Source of the DNA: Chloroflexota bacterium | GTDB taxonomy: Bacteria > Chloroflexota > Dehalococcoidia > Lucifugimonadales > Lucifugimonadaceae | Direction: 5' to 3' | DNA length: 43,173 nt | Assembly: GCA_002730795.1 (NCBI GenBank) | Contig: PCAX01000017.1 | Location: 30,866 to 74,038 of the forward strand | Shown: one piece after another, positions 30,312 through 39,915 of the stretch | How the letters are laid out: every line of letters starts with the position of its first letter | How positions within the stretch are numbered: the stretch's first letter is position 1 | The notes under the pieces: generated by a model | The model's input: the letters and a program-made list of their open reading frames with translations, nothing else | Databases searched by the model: none | What the model was told of the DNA's origin: nothing | Program-made: the position numbers and the translations under genes

Positions 30312-32246
30312 TTAAGAGGTTGCTTGAGGTTTAGGACCAGGTTTCTTATTTTGCAGATCGGTATTTGTTAATGTTTCTCCTTCATTTGATTCCTTATTTT
30401 TACCGTTTTTGTCAATTTCTTTTATTATCGGGATTTTTCCTTCTACTATGTCCCGGAATTGGTCATGATCCAAAGTTTCGTGTTCAAGCAAAAAATTAGC
30501 AACAGTATCCAGAATATCTTCGTGGGTATTCAGAATTTCATTTGCTTTATCTTCGCCTTTCTTCAAAAGCCGATCTATTTCGCTGTCGATTACCTGTTCT
30601 GTCTTAAGGGAGTAATTTCTTTCTTCTGACATCTCTCTACCGAGAAAAATCGTTTCTTGTCTTCGTCCGAAAGACCTATGCGTTAAACGGTCACTCATCC
30701 CATACCTCATAATCATTTCTCTAGCTATTGCGGTAGCTTGTTCAAAATCATTGGATGCCCCCGTAGTAATATCGCCACACTTCATAACTTCAGCAGATCG
30801 GCCTCCCATGGCTGCTGTAATTTGGGCTTCCAACTCATCGCGTGAGTAGTATGATTGATCCTCCTGTTCCCATCTGGTAAAGCCACCTGCGTGTCCCCTG
30901 CTAACTATGGATATTTTGGCAACAGGTCTACCTGCTGGAACAAAATGCGAAACCAAACCATGTCCGGCCTCGTGATATGCAGTTAATTTCCTATCTTTTT
31001 CACTTATAACCTTGGTCTTTTTTGCTGGACCCATCGAAACTCGGTCAATTGCTTCAGTCAAATTATCAGTTGTTATTTTAGTTTGGTTTTTTCTAGCTGC
31101 TAAAAGAGCTCCTTCATTGATTAGGTTCGCTAAATCAGCACCTGTGAACCCCGGCGTTTGTTTCGCTATATCCGACAGATCAGCGGACTCCTCCAAGGGT
31201 TTTCCCTTGGCATGTACATCTAAAATTTCGGTTCTACCCTTAACATCAGGGTTATCTACAGTTACTCTACGGTCAAACCTTCCGGGTCTCAGTAGGGCAG
31301 GATCTAAAATATCAGGACGATTTGTGGCGGCTATAACTATAACGTTAACTGATGTATCGAACCCATCCATCTCGACTAATATTTGGTTCAATGTTTGTTC
31401 TCTTTCATCATTTCCTCCGCCAAGACCTGCCCCTCTGTGTCGCCCCACGGCGTCTATTTCATCAACAAAAACAATACAAGGAGAATGTCTTTTAGCTTGT
31501 TCAAAAAGATCTCTTACTCTCGAAGCACCGACCCCAACAAACATTTCTACAAATTCCGATCCAGAAATGGAAAAGAACGGCACACCTGCCTCGCCCGCTA
31601 CGGCACGTGCTAACAGTGTTTTACCTGTCCCTGGCGGACCTATCAATAAAACACCGCGTGGTATTCTTGCCCCCAGGGCTTGAAATCTTTCAGGGTACTT
31701 CAGAAATTCAACAACCTCTTCTAATTCTTCTTTCGCTTCTGGAACACCAGCGACATCGAAGAATGTAACAGTAGCTTTATTCTGAGAGAACATACGGGCA
31801 CGGCTTTTTCCAAAACTGAAAGTTTGATTGGTTCCTCCTTGGGCTTGCCGCATCATAAAAAATAATAACCCACCAAATAGTATCAATGGCAGAAATCCAA
31901 CAATGACGCCGAAGAAACTAGATAAACCGCTTGCACCTTTCACTATTACGACATAATTTGATGGGTTAATCCCGCTTTCTGACATCAGCTCAGCAATGCT
32001 CGACCCTGATTCTTTACGTGATTTATATGATTGAACCCCATCGGTAATTTTCAAGTTGTCGCCGTTCACTTCAACCCTTACTTGGGAAGATTTTGCTCGA
32101 TTACGGGCCAGTTCTGGAACTTCATTTATACCGATTTCCTTAATTCCACTGTTGGAATTACTAAAAAACATATAAAACACTACCAGCGCAGCGACCACCA
32201 TTACGGCGTAGACCGTTATGTTTTTAACCCATCTGTTGTTTTTCAT
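30312..32246 (-). CDS. ftsH: ATP-dependent zinc metalloprotease FtsH
   Basis: N-terminal TM pair, Walker A '[11 protein letters not shown]', Walker B 'IVFVDEIDA', SRH '[20 protein letters not shown]' and the zinc site 'HEAGH'. Confidence 0.96.
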   Translation of the reverse strand: MKNNRWVKNITVYAVMVVAALVVFYMFFSNSNSGIKEIGINEVPELARNRAKSSQVRVEVNGDNLKITDGVQSYKSRKESGSSIAELMSESGINPSNYVVIVKGASGLSSFFGVIVGFLPLILFGGLLFFMMRQAQGGTNQTFSFGKSRARMFSQNKATVTFFDVAGVPEAKEELEEVVEFLKYPERFQALGARIPRGVLLIGPPGTGKTLLARAVAGEAGVPFFSISGSEFVEMFVGVGASRVRDLFEQAKRHSPCIVFVDEIDAVGRHRGAGLGGGNDEREQTLNQILVEMDGFDTSVNVIVIAATNRPDILDPALLRPGRFDRRVTVDNPDVKGRTEILDVHAKGKPLEESADLSDIAKQTPGFTGADLANLINEGALLAARKNQTKITTDNLTEAIDRVSMGPAKKTKVISEKDRKLTAYHEAGHGLVSHFVPAGRPVAKISIVSRGHAGGFTRWEQEDQSYYSRDELEAQITAAMGGRSAEVMKCGDITTGASNDFEQATAIAREMIMRYGMSDRLTHRSFGRRQETIFLGREMSEERNYSLKTEQVIDSEIDRLLKKGEDKANEILNTHEDILDTVANFLLEHETLDHDQFRDIVEGKIPIIKEIDKNGKNKESNEGETLTNTDLQNKKPGPKPQATS

Positions 32247-32330
32247 GTAATATTCAAATGCCTAAGTTGTCTCAATCTACTTGCTTACTGATTTTACCAT
32301 ATTAGTATCGTAAAAATATGAAGAATTAAC

Positions 32331-32359
32331 TTGTGAGGTCTCCACCTTTTGAGTATAGT
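32331..32359 (+). promoter_or_regulatory. Candidate sigma70-type promoter for the infC-rpmI-rplT operon
   Basis: TTGTGA (32331-32336), 17-nt spacer, TATAGT (32354-32359). Lies ~135 nt upstream of the proposed infC start. This rests on sequence pattern only. Confidence 0.35.
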
Positions 32360-32494
32360 TTAACTAACTATTGAGTTTTTATCTCAATATAGATTGTAGT
32401 AGTAAACACGGGAAGTTTTGTATAAAGAACGCTTTTGAGTACTCGCCCGTGAAGTTATTATCAGATAGTTTTAGACAGTTTAGGGAGAACACAA

Positions 32495-33061
32495 ATACCG
32501 AGTAATTATAGGGTAAATAGTGGGATAAAAGTCCCAACTGTCAGGCTTATCAGTGGTGAAGACACCAAAGATTCCACAGTAGTACCGACGTCTGACGCGA
32601 TTGGAATGGCACAAAAAGTGGGTTTGGATTTGGTTGAGGTAGCCCCGAATCAGACGCCTCCAGTCTGTAGGATTATGGATTATGGACGGTTCAAATATAT
32701 CCAAGGAAAAAAGAAGAAAGAATCCCAGAAAGCTTCAAGAGCGGCGAGTAGAGCGAAAGAGGTTAGATTAAGTCCCGTAACGTCCGAGAATGATCTAGAA
32801 TCAAAAATAAGAACTGTCAGAAAATTATTGTATCAGGGAGCTAAAGTTAGAGTTTTGGTTAGATTCAGAGGAAGACAAAGAGCCCACCCGGAGATCGCAA
32901 TGCAGGTTTTACGAAAAGTAGCAGAAGGGTTATCCGATGATGCAAAAATGGAACGCCCACCTCAGATGGAGGGGCGCGCTATAAGTATTGTTCTTTCCCC
33001 GATACCGGGTTTAAAAAACAGAATAAAAAAACCAAATACGGAAGCTGAGATAACAGTTTAG
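32495..33061 (+). CDS. infC: Translation initiation factor IF-3, probably initiating at a non-canonical ATA codon
   Basis: Downstream of the first ATG (32606) the protein reads 'GLDLVEVAP....PVCRIMDYG...Y'. The same frame upstream encodes 'RVNSGIKVPTVRLIS..', the conserved IF3 N-domain start (compare E. coli 'RINGEIRAQEVRL'). ATA at 32495 is preceded by GGGAGA at ~7 nt. Confidence 0.85.
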   Translation: MPSNYRVNSGIKVPTVRLISGEDTKDSTVVPTSDAIGMAQKVGLDLVEVAPNQTPPVCRIMDYGRFKYIQGKKKKESQKASRAASRAKEVRLSPVTSENDLESKIRTVRKLLYQGAKVRVLVRFRGRQRAHPEIAMQVLRKVAEGLSDDAKMERPPQMEGRAISIVLSPIPGLKNRIKKPNTEAEITV

Positions 33062-33096
33062 AACATACGCTATTGGAACAATAAGATTGTAAGACT

Positions 33097-33294
33097 ATGC
33101 CAAAAATGAAAACCCACAAGGGTGCTAAGAAAAGATTTCACGTAAATTCCAGCGGTAATGTAATGAGGACTAAAGGTCCGAAGAGTCATTTTAGGAGAAG
33201 AAAAGCCAAAAGGGTAAAAAGACTTTTTGGCTCTAAGATTCTTTTAGATTCTACGGCTTTTTCCAAGAAAATTAGACAAGCTTTGGGGCATTAA
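33097..33294 (+). CDS. rpmI: 50S ribosomal protein L35
   Basis: 'MPKMKTHKGAKKRF' N-terminus. 65 aa and very basic. Confidence 0.95.
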   Translation: MPKMKTHKGAKKRFHVNSSGNVMRTKGPKSHFRRRKAKRVKRLFGSKILLDSTAFSKKIRQALGH

Positions 33295-33352
33295 CAATAG
33301 GAATATTTTTCTAAAAAATTATTTTGAAATATTTTATTGATTGGAGAATTAA

Positions 33353-33706
33353 GTGGCCCGAATTAAAGGTGGCATAACAACTAGAAGGCGGCATAAGGCA
33401 GTTTTGAACGCTGTCAAGGGCCATCGTGGATCTCGAAATAGAAGGTATAGGGTTGCTAGGGAGTCATTGACTCATGCTTTAGCCTACGCTACGGCGCATA
33501 GAAGGTTGAAAAAGCGACAGAATAGGTCTTTACAAATCATTCGAATTAACGCGGCTGCCCGTATTAATGGGATTTCTTACAGCTCTTTGATCAATGGGAT
33601 GAAAATTACTGGTATTGAACTTAACCGAAAGTCTCTTTCCGATTTAGCGGTGTTTGAACCAGATGCTTTTTCAGAAGTTGTGAGCTTAGTAAAAAAAGGA
33701 ATTTAA
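33353..33706 (+). CDS. rplT: 50S ribosomal protein L20
   Basis: 'ARIKGG...RRRHK.VL...KG.RG' N-terminus. GTG start preceded by GGAGAA. Confidence 0.95.
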   Translation: MARIKGGITTRRRHKAVLNAVKGHRGSRNRRYRVARESLTHALAYATAHRRLKKRQNRSLQIIRINAAARINGISYSSLINGMKITGIELNRKSLSDLAVFEPDAFSEVVSLVKKGI

Positions 33707-33755
33707 TCAAACTCCGCGGCTCATCTACAGACTGTGTCAGTAAACAGTGTAAATC

Positions 33756-34700
33756 TTATAATACTACTGTATCTACAACTGCAAATATGAAGATAAGAGC
33801 TAGGTATAAAATGGAGTATTTGTATAGAGATAATGCTCTTGTTTTATCTTGAGTTCTCCCCAAATTTATTGCACGGATGATAAAAACTAACGATAGTAAA
33901 AATGAGGTTGTACCATAGAAAAGGTCAAGTTCTTGATTTACAAAAGTAAAAGCCACTGTAAACAAAGAAAGAATAACCGAATATACTAGAATATTCATCC
34001 GAGTATGACGCTCTCCTTTTACAACCGGTAGCATGGGTATGCCAATTTTCGCGTAATCATCTTTTATCATTAAAGATAAAGCCCAAAAGTGCGGCGGTGT
34101 CCAGAAAAATACGATTAAAAACATCCAAGCTGCCGAAAGGTCAATGGTTCCTGATCCTGCAGCATATCCTACCAGTGGTGGCATGCAACCAGCTATACCC
34201 CCGATTACTATATTTTGGGAAGTCCGTCTTTTAAGTATCATGGTGTACAAAAAGAAGTACAATGCGGTCCCAAGTAAGGCCAATAAGGCGGCGATAATGT
34301 TGGTAAGCGTATATAGAACTACAAACGATAATATGTTAAGCAACACACCCCAAATCGTTGCCGATAAAGTTGATATTCTATTTTCAGCAACGGGACGATT
34401 TTTTGTACGCCCCATGGCGCGGTCAAGTTTGTGTTCGTAGGCCATATTTAAGGAACCCGCCCCTCCGGCCGCAAATGCTCCTCCTACCAAGACTCCGAGT
34501 ATCACATTCAAACCTGGAAAACCTTGCGCTCCAATAAAACAACCTGATAATCCAACCACCAGCAATAAGGAAATTACTCTTGGTTTTGTAAGAGCAATGT
34601 AGTCCTTAATTTTTGCTATTATTCTTTGCCCTATTTTTCCAGAAGTTATATCGAGTTCTTTGTTAATCATGTTTGAATAATGGCTAAATAGTGAAGTCAA
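33756..34700 (-). CDS. ctaB: Protoheme IX farnesyltransferase (heme O synthase)
   Basis: UbiA-fold polytopic protein with 'LTKPRVISLL', 'N...D...D..M.RT..RP' and 'PPHFWAL'. Confidence 0.9.
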   Translation of the reverse strand: MTSLFSHYSNMINKELDITSGKIGQRIIAKIKDYIALTKPRVISLLLVVGLSGCFIGAQGFPGLNVILGVLVGGAFAAGGAGSLNMAYEHKLDRAMGRTKNRPVAENRISTLSATIWGVLLNILSFVVLYTLTNIIAALLALLGTALYFFLYTMILKRRTSQNIVIGGIAGCMPPLVGYAAGSGTIDLSAAWMFLIVFFWTPPHFWALSLMIKDDYAKIGIPMLPVVKGERHTRMNILVYSVILSLFTVAFTFVNQELDLFYGTTSFLLSLVFIIRAINLGRTQDKTRALSLYKYSILYLALIFIFAVVDTVVL

Positions 34701-35647
34701 TCAAGACTTTTTTTATACTTCGGAATAGGTTTTAGTATCAGGGTTATTAGAAATACTACCACGGTCCATATTAACGTTGCGATACTCAAATGTCCTGCCC
34801 TTGACCATTCCGAGAAATAAGTTAACGGTAAAAGTAACCCCCAAAAAACCTGTAATACAATCAACGCTAAACCTACAATTGAAAATCGGGTAATTAGCCT
34901 GTTGACTCGGTCACCCATGAACAACTGATGTATGGAATAGGCAGCAAATACCATTGAAATCAAAGACAGTATTCTGTGTAACATATGTATCCACCCGAGA
35001 AATTCATTAGGAATAAAAGGTCCTCTTCCACAGAGGGGCCACGAGGTACAATAAAATCCTGCTTGACTCCATACTGCATAGGAACCGCTCAGGATAGTTA
35101 GTAGTATTAATGATCCACTAATTACCAGGTTTGTCAGGTTTTTCTTGTGTTTTTTACTTACAGACCAATACAACCATTTACATTCTGTCTGTGGGTCCTT
35201 CGTTCTAGAATTAGTAGCCGAAACGAAACATAATACGGACAAAAACACAATTATTTGTGCAAGCATTAAGTGTAAGGTACGAATTGCAGGGTCTAAATTA
35301 TTTAATACCACAGCTCCACCTAGCAATCCCACCACGATTGTAAGAAATAGAGTCGCGAAACATAATCGTACGAGGGTTTTATCGGATTTGTGTTTAACGT
35401 AGACTCTCCAACACGCAACAATAATTGACAACCCTAATAAAACACCAACAGATCTGTGCCCATATTCAATAATCGCGTGGTACTCAAAAGGAGGAATCCA
35501 TTTACCGAAACACGTTGGCCAATCAGGACACCCATCACCAGACCCAGTTACCCTCGTGATTCCGCCTATGGTAATCTGACCCACAGCTCCCACCAGAACA
35601 AGAAGCAAAAGCGACACCAATGTACCATCTCTAGTAGAAGATTGCAC
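34697..35647 (-). CDS. ctaA: Heme A synthase (CtaA/COX15 family)
   Basis: 8-TM-like protein with paired Cys 'GCPDWPTC' and 'CTSWPLC' and His-containing helices ('EYGHR', 'HR.LS'). Overlaps ctaB by 4 nt. Confidence 0.82.
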   Translation of the reverse strand: MQSSTRDGTLVSLLLLVLVGAVGQITIGGITRVTGSGDGCPDWPTCFGKWIPPFEYHAIIEYGHRSVGVLLGLSIIVACWRVYVKHKSDKTLVRLCFATLFLTIVVGLLGGAVVLNNLDPAIRTLHLMLAQIIVFLSVLCFVSATNSRTKDPQTECKWLYWSVSKKHKKNLTNLVISGSLILLTILSGSYAVWSQAGFYCTSWPLCGRGPFIPNEFLGWIHMLHRILSLISMVFAAYSIHQLFMGDRVNRLITRFSIVGLALIVLQVFWGLLLPLTYFSEWSRAGHLSIATLIWTVVVFLITLILKPIPKYKKSLD

Positions 35648-35723
35648 TTAGGAAAACCCCCTTATTTATACTTTAGAGCCAATAGACCGCTAAGATAGCA
35701 TTGGCAGATAATTAAAGTACTTT

Positions 35724-35978
35724 TTACCTTGGTCTTCGGTTATTACCTTGCAAGATTGGCTCATACTCATGTACTTCACCATTTCTTATCTTGATATTGT
35801 AGTCACACTCAGGAGCGATACAGACCCATGCTTTATAGTGTACAGCTGCTCCCTGACCTCCAAAGTCTGACAATGGCACCAGTGTTCCATCATCGCAAGC
35901 CATACATTCTGGGAAATTCATGTTTTCCAATCTACTTCCTCCATAATTCCAAATAATTACATGCTGTGCCCCACCCAT
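35724..35978 (-). CDS. Small Cys4 zinc-ribbon protein, function unknown
   Basis: 'ECMACDDGTLVPL...(22 aa)...CIAPECDY' forms a CxxC...CxxC zinc ribbon. The start is uncertain. The ORF opens at 36143 but would then overlap tsaD. ATG 35978 is used here. TTG 35930 is preceded by GGAGG at 7 nt and would give a 68-aa protein. Confidence 0.4.
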   Translation of the reverse strand: MGGAQHVIIWNYGGSRLENMNFPECMACDDGTLVPLSDFGGQGAAVHYKAWVCIAPECDYNIKIRNGEVHEYEPILQGNNRRPR

Positions 35979-36093
35979 AATTCCGTAAACATAATCGGTT
36001 CTCGGTGGCGTAGCCTTAATAGTACTGCAAAAATTCGATTCCGCTATGGTCTTATAATGTGTTTTGAGTAATTTACTTATTAAACTCAATAGC

Positions 36094-37152
36094 ATGATAA
36101 TTTTAGGCATAGAAACCAGTTGCGATGAAACCTCTGTTGGCATTTTGAATGAGAATGGACATTTGCTGACAAATATTGTTGCTACACAAGTAGACTTACA
36201 TGCTCGTTATGGAGGTATCGTTCCAGAGATTGCATCTAGACAGCACGTACTAAATATAGAACCTGTTACCGCTGCCGCTCTTTCTTCAGCTGGCTTAAAA
36301 TTAGGTGATATATCGCTCGTTGCTGTTACTTATGGGCCAGGGTTAGCTGGATCATTAATTGTCGGTCTAAATTTTGCCAAAGGATTGGCGTCATCACTAA
36401 GGGTTCCTTTCGTTACAGTAAATCATTTAGAGGGTCATATTTGGGCAGCTTGGGTCACAACTGATTCTTTTTCTCCTGCCATCAAGTCAGTTTACAACTA
36501 CGAGGAGAAGTTCCATAAACCATTACTCTGTCTAATTGTGTCAGGTGGACATACTGAATTGGTTTTGATGCACGGTCATGGAGAGTTCACCCTGATTGGA
36601 GAAACCAAGGATGATGCGGTTGGAGAAGCTTTTGATAAAGTTGCACGAGTATTAGGGCTTAGATATCCTGGAGGTCCTGAAATTCAAAAATTATCGATAT
36701 ATGCTGATGAAGAAATTGAACCTTTTCCGAGAGCTTGGATGGCTGGTAGTTTTTCTTTTTCATTTAGTGGGTTGAAAACTGCTGTGATTAACAGAGCTAG
36801 AGATTTCGGATTTTATCCTTACCGAACCTCAGGCAATCGTCCTGAAAAACGTGTCTTAGCAAATTTTGCTAAAGCTTTTCAAGATTCCATTGTTGATGTC
36901 ATAGTGAAAAAAACCATTCTTGCTGCTTCCCATTATGATTGTGGAGGGATTGTTATGGTTGGTGGGGTAGCGGCAAATTCAGCATTAAGGAACACGTTAG
37001 CTGAATCATCAAAATTACCTGTTTACGTGCCACCGGTCGACCTTTGCACAGATAATGGAGCCATGATCGCTATGGGAGGCTTGATGTCTTACAACTATGG
37101 ATCGAAAAGTTCTATGTCGTTAGATGTGAGTCCAAATCTGAGGATAAGCTAG
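36094..37152 (+). CDS. tsaD: tRNA N6-adenosine threonylcarbamoyltransferase
   Basis: 'MIILGIETSCDETS', 'GIVPE.ASR.H', 'NHLEGH' and 'SGGHTEL'. The ORF opens at TTG 36064, but ATG 36094 gives the canonical N-terminus. Confidence 0.93.
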   Translation: MIILGIETSCDETSVGILNENGHLLTNIVATQVDLHARYGGIVPEIASRQHVLNIEPVTAAALSSAGLKLGDISLVAVTYGPGLAGSLIVGLNFAKGLASSLRVPFVTVNHLEGHIWAAWVTTDSFSPAIKSVYNYEEKFHKPLLCLIVSGGHTELVLMHGHGEFTLIGETKDDAVGEAFDKVARVLGLRYPGGPEIQKLSIYADEEIEPFPRAWMAGSFSFSFSGLKTAVINRARDFGFYPYRTSGNRPEKRVLANFAKAFQDSIVDVIVKKTILAASHYDCGGIVMVGGVAANSALRNTLAESSKLPVYVPPVDLCTDNGAMIAMGGLMSYNYGSKSSMSLDVSPNLRIS

Positions 37153-37696
37153 ATACTTTAAATTTTTGATTCCTAAACGGTACCGGAGATCGTCTTAGTG
37201 GAGAAAGTTTTCTAGATTTTTCTATTTCTATTAGCAATGATTTTAGATCAGTGATATTTTTCATGTTCGTCTTAATGAACATGCCCGCGTTTCTCGTTTG
37301 GAATATTATCGTAAAACCTTTCGGTCTTATCCAGAAATCGAACAAAAGATAAACTGATACTGATCCAACTAATAGACTTATTACATACCCAAAAGTTTGA
37401 TTCAAAGTGGTAGACAATAGTACTGCAGCAGCAGCGATACCTACCAATCCAAATATGGCGGGTCTTTTGTTCCGAGTAATTTTTGTAATGGATATCGAAA
37501 CAATTTCCTTAATATCAAGAGTTTTATACGTATATTCATTTATATTGGAATCCGAATATTGCAGATAATCCCTAGTGATACTAAGATTTCCTGTGTCGGT
37601 TTCAACCGAATAAATCATTTCATTCGTATCGGTTATGTAGAATCTTAACTGATTGTTGGGTTCGTTATCGACTGAGTTATTAAGGGAATCATGCAT
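37112..37696 (-). CDS. Hypothetical membrane protein (two predicted TM helices)
   Basis: 194-aa ORF with a hydrophobic hairpin 'AIFGLVGIAAAAVLLS...FGYVISLLVGSVSVYLLF'. Lies 18 nt downstream of the aldolase on the same strand. No recognisable motif. Its 3' end overlaps the tsaD 3' end by 41 nt (convergent). Confidence 0.5.
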   Translation of the reverse strand: MHDSLNNSVDNEPNNQLRFYITDTNEMIYSVETDTGNLSITRDYLQYSDSNINEYTYKTLDIKEIVSISITKITRNKRPAIFGLVGIAAAAVLLSTTLNQTFGYVISLLVGSVSVYLLFDFWIRPKGFTIIFQTRNAGMFIKTNMKNITDLKSLLIEIEKSRKLSPLRRSPVPFRNQKFKVSSLSSDLDSHLTT

Positions 37697-37714
37697 GGTT
37701 AGGAGATAAAAATT

Positions 37715-38473
37715 TCAGTCCAGTGTTTTATTTTGTTTTACCAAATCTCGGGCTGTAACAAGCATCAATTCGCTAATTCCTGTCCCCGTTGAAACGTCTG
37801 ATGAAACCTGTTTACCCGCCATTCTTGCTCTGGAATTGGCATCTTCGGTAATTTTAACGCGTTCTTCGTGGTCTGGTTGGCCAGGGTAACCAATTGAAGC
37901 AGCTAGGTCATGTGGGCCTCCAGTGATACCGGTTAGTCCCTCTACTTTTAGAATGTCATCTAAATTTTCCCAAGCGGTCTTAGATTCGATTTGCGCCCAA
38001 ATTTGCATATTGGCATTAGACCATTTGGCAAAACCCAGCTTACCCCCAAATTTATTTTCAATTATTACACTGTCATTGAATTCCGTTCCTCTTCCACCAC
38101 CCCAAGAACGTTTCCCCGCTGGTGGGAACAAACATGCGTCTGCAAGGGACTGAGCCTCTTCACCCGTATTAATGTGTGGGCCGGTTATTCCTTGAACACC
38201 TCTATCTAAAAATAGATTTATCCAATACGCGGATGAATCGGGTACTCGCGCAGTGACACTCATGCCGTATCCATTTGCTACCCGACAAATATCATCTATA
38301 GATTCAGACGAAAAATACCCATGTTCACCATCAATATTCACAGCCTCAAAACCCACGTGTGAAGCCATTTCAACTAAATGTAGCGATGGAAAAGTGAGTG
38401 AAAAAACCAATGCTTTTCGTTGTTCTTTATTTGCTGCGATAATGGTGTTGTCGATCATTATTATTTGTTCCAA
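37715..38473 (-). CDS. HpcH/HpaI-family class II (divalent-metal, pyruvate-specific) aldolase
   Basis: 'FEAVNIDGEH', 'RVP', 'QIES..A.ENLDDIL.V.G...I..GP.DL..S.G' is the pattern of 2-keto-3-deoxy-acid aldolases such as HpaI, GarL and RhmA. Confidence 0.82.
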   Translation of the reverse strand: MEQIIMIDNTIIAANKEQRKALVFSLTFPSLHLVEMASHVGFEAVNIDGEHGYFSSESIDDICRVANGYGMSVTARVPDSSAYWINLFLDRGVQGITGPHINTGEEAQSLADACLFPPAGKRSWGGGRGTEFNDSVIIENKFGGKLGFAKWSNANMQIWAQIESKTAWENLDDILKVEGLTGITGGPHDLAASIGYPGQPDHEERVKITEDANSRARMAGKQVSSDVSTGTGISELMLVTARDLVKQNKTLD

Positions 38474-38712
38474 TCCAATTAACTTAAGAAGAACTTAAAA
38501 GTGATATCTAGTAGGTAATAGTGTAATTACGAACTATGTTGAATAACTCCTATGTTACTAAATTAGTTTACTGGATCTACCTTTTGAGCCGACTATTTAA
38601 ACAATAGGTAACTTTGATATAAGATTTTCATTTTCAACCATCTGCGATCCAAACTTTTTTGGATCGTCAGTTTAGAATTCCATTTAGGTCAGTGATTTAC
38701 TTTATTTTTGAC

Positions 38713-39855
38713 CTACTGATCGATAACCGACCCATCTTCATGAAGGCGGGTAACAACTTCTCTCGTTACCGGCGGGCATAGTTTTTCCACATTTTCCTTT
38801 AGTTTAATTCCTAATCCTGGTTTTTCTGAAATCAAAAGAAAACCCCTTCCATCGTGAACCGTGAGTCCTTCTACCATATCCGATTTTGGTGGGATTGTTT
38901 CCCCATTTGGATATTCCTGTAAAACGAAATTAGGGCACGAAGCGGCTATTTGCAGACATGCGGCCGTTGAAACAGGCGACAAAGGATTGTGGGGTACAAC
39001 ACCTACGTGGTGGGCTTCGGCGAGAGAAGCTATTTTTTTTGCCCCTGAAATTCCTCCGACCAAACAAACATCAGGTCTCACATATTGAACTGAGTTTCGG
39101 GCGAGGGCCATTTGGAATTCCCATAATGATGTGAACCTCTCTCCTGTAGCTATTGGAATATTTATTTTTTCAGCTACATAAGCCATTTCGTCAAAATTGT
39201 CTGGAGTTATAGGATCTTCATAAAAAAACGGGTGATACTGTTCTATCCCTCGGCCTAGTTGGACTGCTTCTGTAGGTGTTAACCGTCTATGGATTTCAAT
39301 ACATAAGTCGACTTCATTTCCGACTGAATCTCTATACATTTCAACTGTTTGAATAGCATCAGAGATCTTGTCAGCATGTGTCTTGAAATATTTTTCTGAA
39401 CGATCTTCGTCAAGGAATGGAGTGAGGTGGCCAACAGCCGTAAACCCTTCATTTTTTGCATCCAATATACCTTTTACAAGATCGGCTTTTGTTTCTCCAA
39501 AAACGTGACAATAGGCCCGTGCCTTATCGCGGACTTTTCCGCCTAACAATTGATACACGGGGGTTTCGAAGTGCTGACCAGCAATGTCCCAAAGAGCAAT
39601 ATCTATAGCGCTAATCGCTCCCATTATGGCTGATCCTCTAAAGTGGGAAAACCTATACATGTATTGCCAATGATGCTCTATAAGCAACGGATCTTTACCC
39701 AAAAGGTAACGACCAAATTTTTCGATAGCAACTCCTGATGGTTCCAAATACCCCCACGCTCCCGATTCTCCAATGCCGCAAATCCCGTTATCGGTTTCTA
39801 TTTTGACAATAAGATACATGTCCAAAAACATAGGGGTAATTTTCGTTATTTTCAT
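38713..39855 (-). CDS. Enolase-superfamily acid-sugar dehydratase (galactonate/mannonate dehydratase-like subgroup)
   Basis: 'MKITKI......L.VKIETD.GI.G.GE', 'AISAIDIALWDI.G......VYQLLGG' and the metal-ligand region 'D.C.E.H.R', 'EDP', 'ATGE'. 380 aa, close to DgoD length. Confidence 0.82.
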   Translation of the reverse strand: MKITKITPMFLDMYLIVKIETDNGICGIGESGAWGYLEPSGVAIEKFGRYLLGKDPLLIEHHWQYMYRFSHFRGSAIMGAISAIDIALWDIAGQHFETPVYQLLGGKVRDKARAYCHVFGETKADLVKGILDAKNEGFTAVGHLTPFLDEDRSEKYFKTHADKISDAIQTVEMYRDSVGNEVDLCIEIHRRLTPTEAVQLGRGIEQYHPFFYEDPITPDNFDEMAYVAEKINIPIATGERFTSLWEFQMALARNSVQYVRPDVCLVGGISGAKKIASLAEAHHVGVVPHNPLSPVSTAACLQIAASCPNFVLQEYPNGETIPPKSDMVEGLTVHDGRGFLLISEKPGLGIKLKENVEKLCPPVTREVVTRLHEDGSVIDQ

Positions 39856-39915
39856 AATTGATATTCTAGTTACTAAATTTAAGGTAATTACAGGTGATAT
39901 CGATAATATTACTCT

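Noticed and set aside
31012-31683. 223-aa plus-strand ORF (and 31383-31613) lying entirely inside ftsH
   Set aside because: It is antisense to the most conserved AAA+ core of FtsH. The product is low-complexity (S/A/P/R-rich) with no motif, which is typical of a shadow ORF opposite a conserved gene.
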